This document shows, one piece after another, positions 11,401 to 20,756 of a DNA stretch of 64,000 bases. Source of the stretch: Deltaproteobacteria bacterium. Its GTDB lineage: Bacteria > Desulfobacterota_D > UBA1144 > Nemesobacterales > CSP1-2. Positions within the stretch are counted from its first letter, which is position 1; each line of letters begins with the position of its first letter. Below the pieces are notes generated by a model. The model was not told the DNA's origin. It saw nothing but the letters and a program-made list of their open reading frames with translations, and ran no database searches. The translations under genes and the position numbers were made by a program. Location of the stretch: NCBI GenBank assembly GCA_052390235.1, contig JBQTHB010000003.1:64001-128000 (forward strand). Reading direction: 5' to 3'.

Positions 11401-11605
11401 GGTGAATTTCCAGAGATACGGCAGATTCACTGTAACCGCTCCCCCGCTCGCTCCGGGGGCTTCGGCAGACGGAGTGGTCGAAATACCGAGGCGGTGTCTG
11501 AGGAATAGGAACTGCGCATTCTCCCTAACTGCCGACTCTGCCTCAACCGTAGCGGAAGCGGACGAGCGGAACAACTCAGCGCAGGGGGTTTGCATCGGCA
11601 GATAA
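8426..11605 (+). CDS. Large exported SBBP-repeat (beta-propeller) protein with Pro-rich linker and C-terminal CARDB-like domain
   Basis: ATG 8426 follows GGAGG. N-terminal TM/signal; FIENQGQ...LVIDP domain; repeated TYLGGS..D...IA.D..GNVYVAG.T.S.DFP; C-terminal PDL...VTVKNQG...VAEADERNN. Confidence 0.8.
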   Translation: MRVGFIFALALCALLSVFWLNRDEDGRLAESPRGEESQKSPRLPDTLTLQQAAGARIPFIENQGQVGGDINFYAETLAGGVFVKSGGEITYSIPSDSDSAFTLSERLLQGNSTAPTGREETKASISEFIGNDPSKWKTAVPAYGEVSFGEIYDGIELRLKAYGGRVEKLFYIKPGADPSQIKIAVEGARVSVNPSGELEAASDGGVAKFSKPLAYQEIGGEIKFAEADYLAEGGEYGFLVKNYDPSQTLVIDPILSATFLGGSKSDDIFAVATDPSGNVYVAGITQSKKLPGVNSGSADSVMESAEAFVMKFDAKLSVVLGATFIGGSGVDAAVDIALDRAGNVYLGGRTDSPDFPGIDENSPDRQLSSAEGFLVKLDSKLTKILASTYIGGSGADGVVDIALDKPGNVYAVGSTTSTDFPGISRSSPDRFPLKTEGFVIKLSPSLSKIVAATYLGGSAEDGATAIAFDRNGNVYVAGSTSSSDFPEVNSKSLDQTLAISEAFVAKLTPNLSKLVAATYLGGVGRGAASAIAVDGNGRVYVAGVTNSSDFPGVGATSADSVLGGNQEGFIAAMNSNLTYPILASTFLGGEKDDLVYEIILDGKGGIYAAGRTGSAQFPASPKDEPRPQVFFADAFISKLNSDLSSVLSSTFIPAGGLVNLQSGISAAISGRGDIYIAGVTGVSEFKTQDSFFASEAVGGGNDGFIAQIGPAAEKKLLEVARKSEPAEKTPPPAPISAPEPASEPAPGEIAKATPAPPAVEISQAPRTAQTITPAPQIKTEAIATPSPQINTMETPAPITKEKTFYEFGYTAKITCGIQGDTNNINLARGFYGASVAVYNPNPSEAKVSKKLVFTHPQSRAAALGEISLKPGAAVTLDCSEIRDKLFGGKFPKPYHIDALAVIESDGSLDVEATYTAAALDFQGLPKGVGAIEVRRIQERRRELPSRAAAKSPLPDLILLPGVDGSFCHRDGNRLTVTVKNQGAYEAAASKTKVNFQRYGRFTVTAPPLAPGASADGVVEIPRRCLRNRNCAFSLTADSASTVAEADERNNSAQGVCIGR

Positions 11606-11742
11606 GTCAGGATACAGTCAGGGTAAGGCGAAGCAAATCCGAGAGGGGGGAGTGATTTTATACCCCAGGGCGGTATTTATTTGACAGCGTTTTTAGGTTA
11701 TGCTAATCAGTAGCTCGCCAGGGAGCAGAGAGAGAAAGAGAG

Positions 11743-13077
11743 ATGTTTGAAGGCATATCCGGCAAATTAAATACTACTTTAAAGAAAATCAGGGGCTACG
11801 GCAAGCTCAGCGAGAGCAATATTCAGGACGCGCTGAGGGAGGTGCGCCTGAGCCTGCTGGAAGCGGACGTGAGCTTTAAAGTCGTCCGGGACTTCGTAGA
11901 GTCCGTCAAAAAACGCGCCCTTGGGCAGGAAGTCGCCGAGAGCCTAACTCCGGGGCAGCAGTTCGTCAAAATTGTCTATGAAGAGCTGGCGCTAGTTTTA
12001 GGGCAGAAGCACTCAGAGCTTAATCTGCGAGCAACGCCCCCAGTGGCGCTGATGCTCGTCGGGCTTCAGGGTTCGGGTAAAACCACAACCTGCGCGAAAC
12101 TCGCCAAATCCCTAAAGGAGCAGTTCAAGAGAAAGCCCTACCTCGTTCCGGCAGACATCTACAGACCAGCCGCCATAGAGCAATTAAAAGTGCTTGCCCG
12201 TCAGGTCGGCGTAGGGGTGTTTGACACTGAACCCGGAATGGATCCGGTGGAGATTTGCAAAAAAGCGCGAGCCGCCGCAATTTACGAAGGCGCGGACGTT
12301 ATGATAATTGACACCGCAGGACGCCTTCACATTGACACCGAACTCATGGAAGAGCTTAGGAGGATAAAATCTGAAATCGCCCCTCAGGAGATTTTATTTG
12401 TCTCCGACGCCATGACCGGACAAGACGCAGTGAACGTCGCCGCGAGTTTCAACGAGGCGCTCGACATTGACGGCGTGATACTCACCAAAATGGACGGAGA
12501 CGCGAGAGGCGGAGCCGCCCTTTCGATTAAAGCCGTAACGGGAAAGCCGATAAAATTCTTCGGAACAGGGGAGAAATTAGACGCGCTCGAGGTGTTTCAC
12601 CCCGAAAGAATCGCCTCCCGAATCCTCGGCATGGGCGATGTTCTGACACTTATTGAAAAAGCGCAGTCCGCGTTTGAAGAGAAAAAAGCCGAGGAGATGG
12701 CGCACAAACTCCTCAAAAATGAGTTTTCTCTGTCGGATTTCCGCGAGGCAATGCTCGCCATGGGAAAGCTCGGCTCTATCGAGAGCATGGCAGAGATGAT
12801 TCCCGGAATGAAGCAAGTGGCGAAAAATCCGAAGGCTATGGAGCAGGCTGAGCGAGAGATGAAAAAAACCATCTCCGTAATTAACTCCATGACGGCGAAA
12901 GAGAGAAGAGACCACACCATGCTCAACGGTTCGCGGCGGAAACGCATTGCTAAGGGGAGCGGCACGAAGGTCGAGGACGTGAATCGAGTGGTTAAAAACT
13001 ACATCGAGATGCGTAATATGATGAAAAACATGGGGAAAATGGGGAAGCTTGCAAAGAAAATGATGAGATTCATGTAG
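11743..13077 (+). CDS. ffh: Signal recognition particle protein
   Basis: [28 protein letters not shown] and a Met-rich C-terminal domain. Confidence 0.98.
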   Translation: MFEGISGKLNTTLKKIRGYGKLSESNIQDALREVRLSLLEADVSFKVVRDFVESVKKRALGQEVAESLTPGQQFVKIVYEELALVLGQKHSELNLRATPPVALMLVGLQGSGKTTTCAKLAKSLKEQFKRKPYLVPADIYRPAAIEQLKVLARQVGVGVFDTEPGMDPVEICKKARAAAIYEGADVMIIDTAGRLHIDTELMEELRRIKSEIAPQEILFVSDAMTGQDAVNVAASFNEALDIDGVILTKMDGDARGGAALSIKAVTGKPIKFFGTGEKLDALEVFHPERIASRILGMGDVLTLIEKAQSAFEEKKAEEMAHKLLKNEFSLSDFREAMLAMGKLGSIESMAEMIPGMKQVAKNPKAMEQAEREMKKTISVINSMTAKERRDHTMLNGSRRKRIAKGSGTKVEDVNRVVKNYIEMRNMMKNMGKMGKLAKKMMRFM

Positions 13078-13136
13078 GTTACAGAACGTCGGGATTAGTT
13101 AAATTAATCATATTTCAATTCGGAGGTACTTTTAGT

Positions 13137-13376
13137 TTGGTTAAGATTAGACTCACTAGAGCGGGATCCAAAGGGAAGCCCTTTTACAGAATCGTAGCCG
13201 CTGACTCGCGCGCTCCACGGGACGGGAAGTTTCTTGAGATACTGGGATTCTACGATCCGAGAACATCTCCCCACACGCTTGAGGTAAAAACCGATAGGGT
13301 AAACGACTGGATTTCACACGGCGCTCAGCCTAGCGGCAGGGTCGGCAGACTGCTCACAAAACTCACACAAAACTGA
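13137..13376 (+). CDS. rpsP: 30S ribosomal protein S16
   Basis: VKIRL.R...[19 protein letters not shown] start after GGAGG. Confidence 0.97.
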   Translation: MVKIRLTRAGSKGKPFYRIVAADSRAPRDGKFLEILGFYDPRTSPHTLEVKTDRVNDWISHGAQPSGRVGRLLTKLTQN

Positions 13377-13419
13377 CAAATAGAGTTTAGCGCAGTTACA
13401 AAACCAGGAGGGAACGGAA

Positions 13420-13659
13420 ATGGACAAGCTGAAGGAACTTGTGAGCTTTATAGCGAAATCTCTGGTTGATAGTCCTGATAGGGTCGAGGTTCGAGAGGTT
13501 GTAGGCGAACAGACCGCCGTGCTGGAGTTGAGAGTGGCGCAGGAAGACCTTGGGAAAATCATAGGCAAACAGGGGAAAACGGCAAAAGCCATCAGAACCA
13601 TCCTCGGTGCCGCCGCTGCGAAGGCTAGAAAGAGGGCAGTGCTTGAAATCTTGGAATAG
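13420..13659 (+). CDS. khpA: KH-domain RNA-binding protein KhpA
   Basis: [18 protein letters not shown], in the conserved position after rpsP. Confidence 0.92.
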   Translation: MDKLKELVSFIAKSLVDSPDRVEVREVVGEQTAVLELRVAQEDLGKIIGKQGKTAKAIRTILGAAAAKARKRAVLEILE

Positions 13660-13679
13660 GGAAAACGTTTGAGCAAATA

Positions 13680-14189
13680 ATGGGGCTTATCCATTTTGGA
13701 AAAGTCGTCAAAGTTCACGGGCTTTCGGGGGGAATTAAGTTATTCCCCTTCAGCCGCCAGTTTGACAACCTCGCTCGGCTTAAGAGGGTTTTTATCCTCA
13801 CAGAGCCTGAGGGCGAGCCTGTGGAGTTCCGCATAACCTCGAGCAGTATTCAAAAAACGTCCGCCGTGGTGAGACTCGAAGGTGTTGACTCGCTCAACGT
13901 GGCTTCGGCGCTTGAGGGCTGCGCCGTAATGGTGGACTCTTCAGACCTCATGGAAACTGAGGAGGGGGAGTATTACTGGTTTCAGCTCATCGGGCTTGAG
14001 GTTTATACCGATGCCGGGGAGTACGTGGGCAGGGTGGAGAATTTAATTGATAGGCCCCCTCAAAGCCTGCTAACGGTGAAAAGGGGCGGCAGGGAGTTCC
14101 TAATTCCAATGGTTGACGCAATTATCAAAGAAGTGAACTTGGCAGATTCAAAAATAGTGGTTATCCCCATAGCAGGTCTCCTCGATTAA
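13680..14189 (+). CDS. rimM: Ribosome maturation factor RimM
   Basis: GKVVKVHGL.G, EYYW..LIGL and FLIP motifs, plus operon context. Confidence 0.93.
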   Translation: MGLIHFGKVVKVHGLSGGIKLFPFSRQFDNLARLKRVFILTEPEGEPVEFRITSSSIQKTSAVVRLEGVDSLNVASALEGCAVMVDSSDLMETEEGEYYWFQLIGLEVYTDAGEYVGRVENLIDRPPQSLLTVKRGGREFLIPMVDAIIKEVNLADSKIVVIPIAGLLD

Positions 14190-14213
14190 CCGTCCGAAGC
14201 CGTAATCCATCCC

Positions 14214-15512
14214 ATGAAATTTGATATTCTCACCATATTCCCTAGGTTTTTTGAGTCTCCATTTTCGTTTGGCATCCTCAAGCGGGCTCAGACGAGCGGG
14301 CTTATCGAGATTGAAACCCGCGACATCAGAGCATTTGCCGAGGACAGGCACAGAACCGTTGACGACGCCCCTTACGGAGGGGGAGGCGGAATGGTGATGA
14401 AGCCTGAGCCGCTCGGACGGGCGATTGAAGCGGCGAAGTGCGGCGGCGGCAAGACGATAACAATACTCACCACGCCCCAAGGCGAGAGGTTCTCAGATAA
14501 AATAGCCGAAGAGCTTTCATCCTACGAGCGGATTATCCTAATCTGCGGACGGTACGAGGGGATTGACGAGCGCATTAGAGAGGTTTACGTTGACCGCGAG
14601 ATTTCAATAGGGGATTTCATTGTATCGGGCGGGGAGTACGCGGCGGCGGCGATAATTGACGCCGTGTCGAGGTACATCCCCGGCGTGCTGGGAAACGAGA
14701 TGTCGCCCTTTGACGACTCCTTTCGGCATGGGCTTCTGGAACACCCGCAATATACTCGCCCCGAAGTGTACAAGGACAGGACAGTTCCCGAAGCGCTATT
14801 ATCGGGCAATCACAGGGAAATTGAGGCGTGGAAAAGAGCCCAGGGAATCCAGCGCACGGCGGAGAGGCGGGCTGATTTGCTTGATAGGGCGAGGCTTTCA
14901 ACCGAGGAACAGAGGTGGATTCGGGGCTTCAAAAAGGAAAACCCCCCTTCTTTTCGCGCGTATATTGCATTAATCCATCATCCGGTATACAATAAATCGC
15001 TCGAAATCGTTTCGACCGCCTTTACCAACCTGGACGTTCACGATATAGCCAGAGCGGGAAAAACCTACGGAATAGAGGCTTTTTTTCTGGTTCATCCCGT
15101 GGAGGAGCAGAGGTCGCTGGCTGAAAGGGTGATTCGCCATTGGATGGATGGGCCGGGGGTTGCGTATAATCCCACGCGGAACGACGCAATGAGAATTATT
15201 AAAATTAAGAAGACAATTGAAGAAACCCTAGAGGAAATTGAGGCGCTGGAGGGCGCAAAGCCGAAAGTCGTCGTAACCGACGGGAGACCAAGGGCAAACT
15301 CCATCGGCTATGGAGAGCTCAGAGAGCAGATGTGGTCGGGCGGCGGTAGTTATGTAATTCTCTTCGGCACCGGCTGGGGGCTTGCCGAGTCGGTCATGGC
15401 GAGAGCCGACTTCGCGCTAAAACCCATTGAAGGGACGGGCGAATACAATCACCTATCTGTGAGAAGCGCGGCAGCGATAATCCTCGACAGGCTTTTTTCA
15501 GACAAATTATAA
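14214..15512 (+). CDS. trmD: tRNA (guanine37-N1)-methyltransferase fused to a C-terminal Tm1570-type SPOUT domain
   Basis: N-half has DDAPYGGGGGMV, CGRYEGIDER, SIGDF and LLSGNH. C-half has ALIHHPV, TNLDVHDIAR, FGTGWGL and YNHLSVRSAAAIILDRL. Confidence 0.95.
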   Translation: MKFDILTIFPRFFESPFSFGILKRAQTSGLIEIETRDIRAFAEDRHRTVDDAPYGGGGGMVMKPEPLGRAIEAAKCGGGKTITILTTPQGERFSDKIAEELSSYERIILICGRYEGIDERIREVYVDREISIGDFIVSGGEYAAAAIIDAVSRYIPGVLGNEMSPFDDSFRHGLLEHPQYTRPEVYKDRTVPEALLSGNHREIEAWKRAQGIQRTAERRADLLDRARLSTEEQRWIRGFKKENPPSFRAYIALIHHPVYNKSLEIVSTAFTNLDVHDIARAGKTYGIEAFFLVHPVEEQRSLAERVIRHWMDGPGVAYNPTRNDAMRIIKIKKTIEETLEEIEALEGAKPKVVVTDGRPRANSIGYGELREQMWSGGGSYVILFGTGWGLAESVMARADFALKPIEGTGEYNHLSVRSAAAIILDRLFSDKL

Positions 15513-15530
15513 AATTGGGAGAAACAGACC

Positions 15531-15920
15531 ATGAACGCAATTGACTACATTGAAAAAGCGGCGATGAAGACCGACCTCCCCCCATTCAGGCAGGGAGACA
15601 GCGTCGCCGTACACTATAGGATTAAAGAAGGCGAGAGGGAGAGAATTCAGATTTTCGAGGGCGTCGTTATAGCCAGAAAAGGCGGCGGCGCAAGGGAAAC
15701 TTTCACTGTGAGAAAAGTGTCCTACGGCGTCGGAGTCGAGAGGATTTTCCCCGTCCACTCCCCTTTGATTCAGCTTATTGACATCAAACGGCACGGCAAG
15801 GTGAGGCGCGCAAAGCTCTACTACATCAGAGGGCTATCCAAGAAAGCGAGCCGCATTAAAGAGCGCACCAGATTCGATAGGAAAGTAGCCGTCCAGACCG
15901 CAAGCAAACAGGCGACATAA
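15531..15920 (+). CDS. rplS: 50S ribosomal protein L19
   Basis: [21 protein letters not shown] and VRRAKLYY motifs. Confidence 0.98.
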   Translation: MNAIDYIEKAAMKTDLPPFRQGDSVAVHYRIKEGERERIQIFEGVVIARKGGGARETFTVRKVSYGVGVERIFPVHSPLIQLIDIKRHGKVRRAKLYYIRGLSKKASRIKERTRFDRKVAVQTASKQAT

Positions 15921-16079
15921 AATCCGAGGGCGCGGCGATTCTTCTCATATTCAACTCAATGAATGCGCGCAGGGAGGCGCCGCGATTTTTTAGATTTCCA
16001 GTCCGGCTCTCTTGCCGCTAATTATATGGAATCCGCGAGCGCAAGGGGGGATTTGTTCTTTCACTTTTTTCACGCTACA

Positions 16080-16808
16080 CTAGTGGGCAACGAAATCCCT
16101 GAGGGTATCGCGTTTAGCTCTCTCCCTCTCCTTTAGCCTTCCCATGACGTGAATCATCCTGTAAACCGCGGTGTAAGTGGAGAAAACGAGGAGAATAAGT
16201 AGAGCGGCTTTAAGCAGATAGTCTCCGGGCGTGAATCCCGCCGCTGAAGCGACGTAGTTGCCGAAGTAATTAAACACCGCAAGCACCCCCAAATAAACCA
16301 CCCTCTCGGTTCTCTGCATCACCCCGACCTCGCAGTCAACCCCCAAGCCCTCGGCTCTGGCGCGCGTATAGCTGACCATCATCGTCATGGCGAGGATGAG
16401 AAACATCACATAGGCGTAGAAGCCGCCGTGAAAGTATCCGAGAAGCCCCAGATAAATAAACGCCTCCGAGAATCTATCGAGGCAGGAGTCGAAAAACGCG
16501 CCGTGTTCGGTGCTGAGTCCCTGCGCCCTCGCCACTCTGCCGTCGAAAATATCAAATGTTGACCCCGCGAGCAGAAGCACTCCGCCCACGAATATCCAGC
16601 CCACGTGAAAAAAAAGCCCCGTTACTACGGACACGACGAGGGTTGTTACGGTAAGGACGTTTGGATGAACCTTTTGCTCAATCAGGTAATCCTCAAACGG
16701 GCGTATCATAAGAAGCCACCAATTTTTAAACCCGCCCCCAAGCATCTTGGACGACTGCGGCCCCTTTTTCCCCTTGGATCTGTCTATTACTTCTTCAGGA
16801 GCGGACAT
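16080..16808 (-). CDS. CDP-alcohol phosphatidyltransferase (PgsA/PI-synthase-like)
   Basis: PNVLT, DIFDGRVAR...GAFFDSCLDR, SYTRARAEGLG and RTER motifs. Confidence 0.9.
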   Translation of the reverse strand: MSAPEEVIDRSKGKKGPQSSKMLGGGFKNWWLLMIRPFEDYLIEQKVHPNVLTVTTLVVSVVTGLFFHVGWIFVGGVLLLAGSTFDIFDGRVARAQGLSTEHGAFFDSCLDRFSEAFIYLGLLGYFHGGFYAYVMFLILAMTMMVSYTRARAEGLGVDCEVGVMQRTERVVYLGVLAVFNYFGNYVASAAGFTPGDYLLKAALLILLVFSTYTAVYRMIHVMGRLKERERAKRDTLRDFVAH

Positions 16809-16879
16809 GAACTTTTCCTCATAACATTGGATTTTCTATTGATTTTAGCTGAAATAAAGCATATTGAAATAGGCGCGTC

Positions 16880-18514
16880 TCAGGGGTTGCTCGCCCTTGA
16901 TGCAAGCTCCTCAATTTTCCACAGATTCCCCCGCCAAATGAGTATCCAGCTTATTTTCCCGCTCGACTCAACCAGCCGCGACGTATCCCTATCCCTCTCG
17001 ACCATCGTGAAATTCCCGTCCACAAGCGCCGTGCCGCCCACAATATCCACCCTCAGCGCCTGAATACGATATTCCACAACCTCGAAGGCATAAAATTTTT
17101 CCGAATAGTCCCGAATCACGTCCGCACCGCCCTGGGCGCTAGGGTCGAAAAGAGAGATAAAGCCCTCGAAATCTCCGCCCCTGCGCACTGCGGCGAACTG
17201 CTCGATGAACCTCTCCACGCTATCCTCATCGGGCAGGGAGGGGGCGAGAGATTCAGCGGCTTCCGACTTTTGAGCGATTATCTGAGGGGGGTTATCAACT
17301 TCGGCGATGGCATCCTGATTTTGCGCAGAGTGCATCTCTTCTGGCAACTCAATTATGAATTCCTGCGGCTCTGATTCAGCCCCAAGCTCCGTCGGTTTGC
17401 CGCCTTCTTCCTTGGCGGCGGCTGGCTCAGAGACTGATTGCGGGTCCGATTCGGCAATGTCGGTAGTATCGGATTTGCCGAGGCTCAAGTCCCCCCCGTC
17501 CGAGGCGGGAGATTCCAAAGGCAAGGGAGCGTCATCCACTTTAGCTGAGGCGCTCGGATACGGCAGAGGAAATAGAACCGTAGAGTCGGCGACTAGGGAT
17601 TCGTCAATTTTTGATTCCAGATTCGTGGTTTCCCCATCGGAAACAGAAGGCGCGGGGGTTTCGGCGATGGGGGGCGGCAGTACCTCTCGCTCTTTTAATA
17701 TGTTAATTTCGGCGGGCGGCGCGATATTGGCAGGAGGAGGGTCAGCAGGCGCGTCCTGCAGGGGAGTTTCAACCCTCTTTTGAGGCGCTATTTCGGGGAG
17801 GGGGATTTGCGGCAGAGCCTCCACCCTCGACTCGCCGAACCGCACGACTCGGAGATTTCTAAACGGGCGCGATATCGAAACGCCGCTCTCGGTCAGAGCC
17901 ATCTCCGACTGCCCAATACCACTGAGCGGGCTTTCAAATACGAGCTTCCTCGGAGATTCAGCGAGGATTTTCACATCCCTCCCGCCGATAGAGAGCCTAG
18001 TCGTGGCAAAGTCTCCATCAAAACTGCCGACAATTTGCGCGGGCATCCCAGCCTGTCCCACAGGCGGGAATTGATAATCTCTCGGCTCAGGCGCGGCGAC
18101 GCCCCCCACGCCAGCGGAGATGCGAACCGAAGCGACCTGTTTTGAGGACTTATCCCTCAGAATCAGAGCGGGCGATAGGGAATTTGGCGGAATAGTCCAT
18201 TTGAGCGTCTTTGCCGCTAATTTGCGGCTCTGCGCGGCAAACTCGATGGAGTACAGTAGTAGCTCGGCTCTGTTTTTGTCCGTCTCGATTTGGGTTAATC
18301 CAACGGGGAGAATCTCCGCCGCCGCTGAAACCGTATCGCCTGCGATAACCTCGTCGGGAAGATAGAGCTTAATCCTGCCGTGCGGGGTCTCGAAAGTGGC
18401 GATATTAAGCCCGCCTCCTTTTTCGAGAATCGCCAAAGCTTGCCCGCCGACGGGTAGGGAGCAGAAAAGCGAAATCAAAACTGAGAGAATGCCAATAACA
18501 CCCGTTTTTTTCAT
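16880..18514 (-). CDS. Hypothetical exported protein with long acidic/Pro-rich linker and C-terminal NTF2/SnoaL-like domain
   Basis: Signal peptide, a low-complexity middle region, and a C-terminus (F..A...GD....SLF...WKI) typical of NTF2-like folds. Confidence 0.6.
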   Translation of the reverse strand: MKKTGVIGILSVLISLFCSLPVGGQALAILEKGGGLNIATFETPHGRIKLYLPDEVIAGDTVSAAAEILPVGLTQIETDKNRAELLLYSIEFAAQSRKLAAKTLKWTIPPNSLSPALILRDKSSKQVASVRISAGVGGVAAPEPRDYQFPPVGQAGMPAQIVGSFDGDFATTRLSIGGRDVKILAESPRKLVFESPLSGIGQSEMALTESGVSISRPFRNLRVVRFGESRVEALPQIPLPEIAPQKRVETPLQDAPADPPPANIAPPAEINILKEREVLPPPIAETPAPSVSDGETTNLESKIDESLVADSTVLFPLPYPSASAKVDDAPLPLESPASDGGDLSLGKSDTTDIAESDPQSVSEPAAAKEEGGKPTELGAESEPQEFIIELPEEMHSAQNQDAIAEVDNPPQIIAQKSEAAESLAPSLPDEDSVERFIEQFAAVRRGGDFEGFISLFDPSAQGGADVIRDYSEKFYAFEVVEYRIQALRVDIVGGTALVDGNFTMVERDRDTSRLVESSGKISWILIWRGNLWKIEELASRASNP

Positions 18515-18584
18515 TTACACTCGCCGCGCAACCGAATAATAAAGTGCAACTATACTATTTTTTGACCAAAAATGAAATATGGCA

Positions 18585-18614
18585 TTGACACAATTAGCCT
18601 CGGTGATTTACTAT
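18585..18614 (+). promoter_or_regulatory. Putative sigma70 promoter
   Basis: TTGACA-N18-TACTAT upstream of 18666. Confidence 0.45.
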
Positions 18615-18665
18615 CATTGCTCAGTTATTCATTTTATAAATAGACTAAACAAGGGGGGATGTAAA

Positions 18666-20504
18666 ATGAATTCTTTTCTAGGGTTTATCGTTTCTATGGC
18701 TATCTTTTTATCAATTCTTAGCTTCAGTTCGACTCAGCAGGCTTTCGGCGGCATTATCATTCCGCCGATGCCCACTCCCGTGCCGCTGGAGGATATTTTA
18801 GTCATTGACAGCGAAGCCGGAACCGGGAGCGCGGGACAGCTATTTGCAGTTGACCCGATAACCGGAGCGAGAGTGATTATCAGCGACTTCGGCAACGGAG
18901 CGCCATTGGGAATTACGCCGTTCGGGATTGCCGTTGAAAGTGATGGGAGCATTCTCGTAGTTGACAGCGCCGCCGGAACAAACGAAAGAGGGGCGCTTTT
19001 TAGGGTTGACCCGAACACGGGAGCGAGGACGGTTCTCACCGACTTTGGCGCCGCGAGAACTTTTGGAGTGAACCCGTTTGGGGTAGCGGTGGAGAGCGAC
19101 GGAAATATTCTCGTAATTGACAGCGGAGTCGCGGGTATCGGCGGCGCGACGGGCAGAGGGCTTCTCTTTAGAATTAACCCTGTAACCGGAACAAAAACCG
19201 TCCTCAGCGATTTCGGGGTCGGAGATTTCCTCGGTATAGATCCAAGAGGGGTCGCCGTTGAAGCCGACGGGAACATATTGGTAACGGATGTGTCAGCCGG
19301 AACCGACGGCAACGGAGCGCTATTTAGAGTTGACCCCGTAAGCGGAGCGAGAATGCTGGTTACGGATTTCGGCGACGGCGCTCCTTTGGGGGAAAACCCG
19401 TACGGTATAGCGGTTGAAGACGACGGCAATATTCTCATTATTGATAACGAGGGAGGCAACCCGGCTACGGCCAATAGGGGAGTGCTTTTTAGAGTTGACC
19501 CGATCACCGGAGCTAGAGCGGTTGTTACCGACTTCAGCGCCGGCGACCCCCAAGGCATAGAGCCGTTCGGGGTAGCGATTGAAACGGACGGGAATATTCT
19601 CGTTATTGACAGCGGAATTGCCGGAACGGTAGGCAGAGGGCTTCTGTTCAGGATTGACCCGATTTCGGGAGTAAGAATTATTGTAAGCAACTTCGGCGAC
19701 GGGAGCCCGCTTGGAGTAGACCCAGTGGGAATAGTAGCCAGACGCGCGGGCAATGAAATCTGCACCGACTTTTTCGATAACGACGGCGACGAAGCCGTTG
19801 ACTGCGAAGATGACGACTGTAGCGGGGCGATATGTATGTTGAGCGAAGAAGGCGGATTAGGAACCTGCTCGGATAATGTGTGCGTGCCGAACGCTACACC
19901 TACACCTACACCTACACCTACACCTACACCTACACCTACTCCTACACCTACACCTACTCCTACACCTACACCTACTCCTACTCCTACTCCTACTCCTACT
20001 CCAAACGATAGGGACAACGACGGAATTCCAGACGCAGATGACAACTGCCCTGACGACGCCAATCCTGACCAAGCCAATAATGACGGCGACTCGCTTGGCG
20101 ATGTGTGCGACCCAGATGATGACAACGACGGCGTGCCGGATGCAAACGATAACTGCCCAATAAACGCAAATCCCGACCAAGCCGACAGCGACGAGGACGG
20201 TATCGGTAACGCCTGTGATGACACCGTGAACTGCAACGGGCTTGTAGCCACAATAGTAGGCACTGACGGAGACGACGTTATCTCCGGAACGCTTCAAGCG
20301 GACGTTATTCAGGGATTAGGTGGAAACGATATAATCAGCGGTTTGGCAGGGAACGATGTTCTGTGCGGGGGCCCCGGGAGAGATAATCTATCGGGAGCGA
20401 GCGGGAACGATTTCTTTGACGGCGGAAGCGGGATAGACACCTGCGAAGGCGGAATTGGAACGGACACCGCAGTCAACTGCGAGACCACTCTGACAATACC
20501 TTAA
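18666..20504 (+). CDS. Secreted modular protein: six-repeat beta-propeller, Cys-rich motif, (TP)n linker, thrombospondin type-3 repeats and RTX-like Ca-binding repeats
   Basis: ATG 18666 follows an AAGGGGG SD. Six ~52-aa repeats (ILVID...G.LFRVDP.TG.R....DFG...P.G.AVE.DG), DNCP..ANPDQ repeats and GGxGxD nonapeptides. Confidence 0.85.
   Translation: MNSFLGFIVSMAIFLSILSFSSTQQAFGGIIIPPMPTPVPLEDILVIDSEAGTGSAGQLFAVDPITGARVIISDFGNGAPLGITPFGIAVESDGSILVVDSAAGTNERGALFRVDPNTGARTVLTDFGAARTFGVNPFGVAVESDGNILVIDSGVAGIGGATGRGLLFRINPVTGTKTVLSDFGVGDFLGIDPRGVAVEADGNILVTDVSAGTDGNGALFRVDPVSGARMLVTDFGDGAPLGENPYGIAVEDDGNILIIDNEGGNPATANRGVLFRVDPITGARAVVTDFSAGDPQGIEPFGVAIETDGNILVIDSGIAGTVGRGLLFRIDPISGVRIIVSNFGDGSPLGVDPVGIVARRAGNEICTDFFDNDGDEAVDCEDDDCSGAICMLSEEGGLGTCSDNVCVPNATPTPTPTPTPTPTPTPTPTPTPTPTPTPTPTPTPTPNDRDNDGIPDADDNCPDDANPDQANNDGDSLGDVCDPDDDNDGVPDANDNCPINANPDQADSDEDGIGNACDDTVNCNGLVATIVGTDGDDVISGTLQADVIQGLGGNDIISGLAGNDVLCGGPGRDNLSGASGNDFFDGGSGIDTCEGGIGTDTAVNCETTLTIP
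19896..20003 (+). repeat. Hexanucleotide tandem repeat (ACWCCT) x18 encoding a Thr-Pro linker
   Basis: Directly visible ACACCT/ACTCCT array of 108 bp. Confidence 0.95.
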
Positions 20505-20521
20505 AGTAGTCGAATAAAAAT

Positions 20522-20557
20522 GCCGGGGGCGTATCCTTGCGAGGATACGCTCTCGGT
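20522..20557. terminator. Hairpin, probable terminator (possibly bidirectional)
   Basis: GCGTATCCT-TGCG-AGGATACGC perfect stem extended by G-U pairs, with an A-run upstream and a T-run downstream. Confidence 0.6.
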
Positions 20558-20756
20558 GATATTTTAAACGCCCCGCAATAATCCCCATCCGCATCTTTGG
20601 GCAACCCATCAATTAGGGCGCAGGCTGAGTGCGCTGGCGTCCATCTGCCACTGTTTCCCCCGATAGACCATAGACAAGGCTTTTATCTGCGCGCTTTATA
20701 GTCTATAATAAAGCCGGCGCGCGCATACCTAATTTACTCCCGCCCCGCGAGGCTTT

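Noticed and set aside
19876..20163. His-Leu repeat ORF and the opposite-strand Arg-Cys repeat ORF
   Set aside because: Alternative-frame readings of the ACACCT microsatellite.
18734..20263. 509-aa antisense ORF
   Set aside because: A shadow of the repetitive plus-strand gene. Its GV repeat is the reverse of the TP linker.
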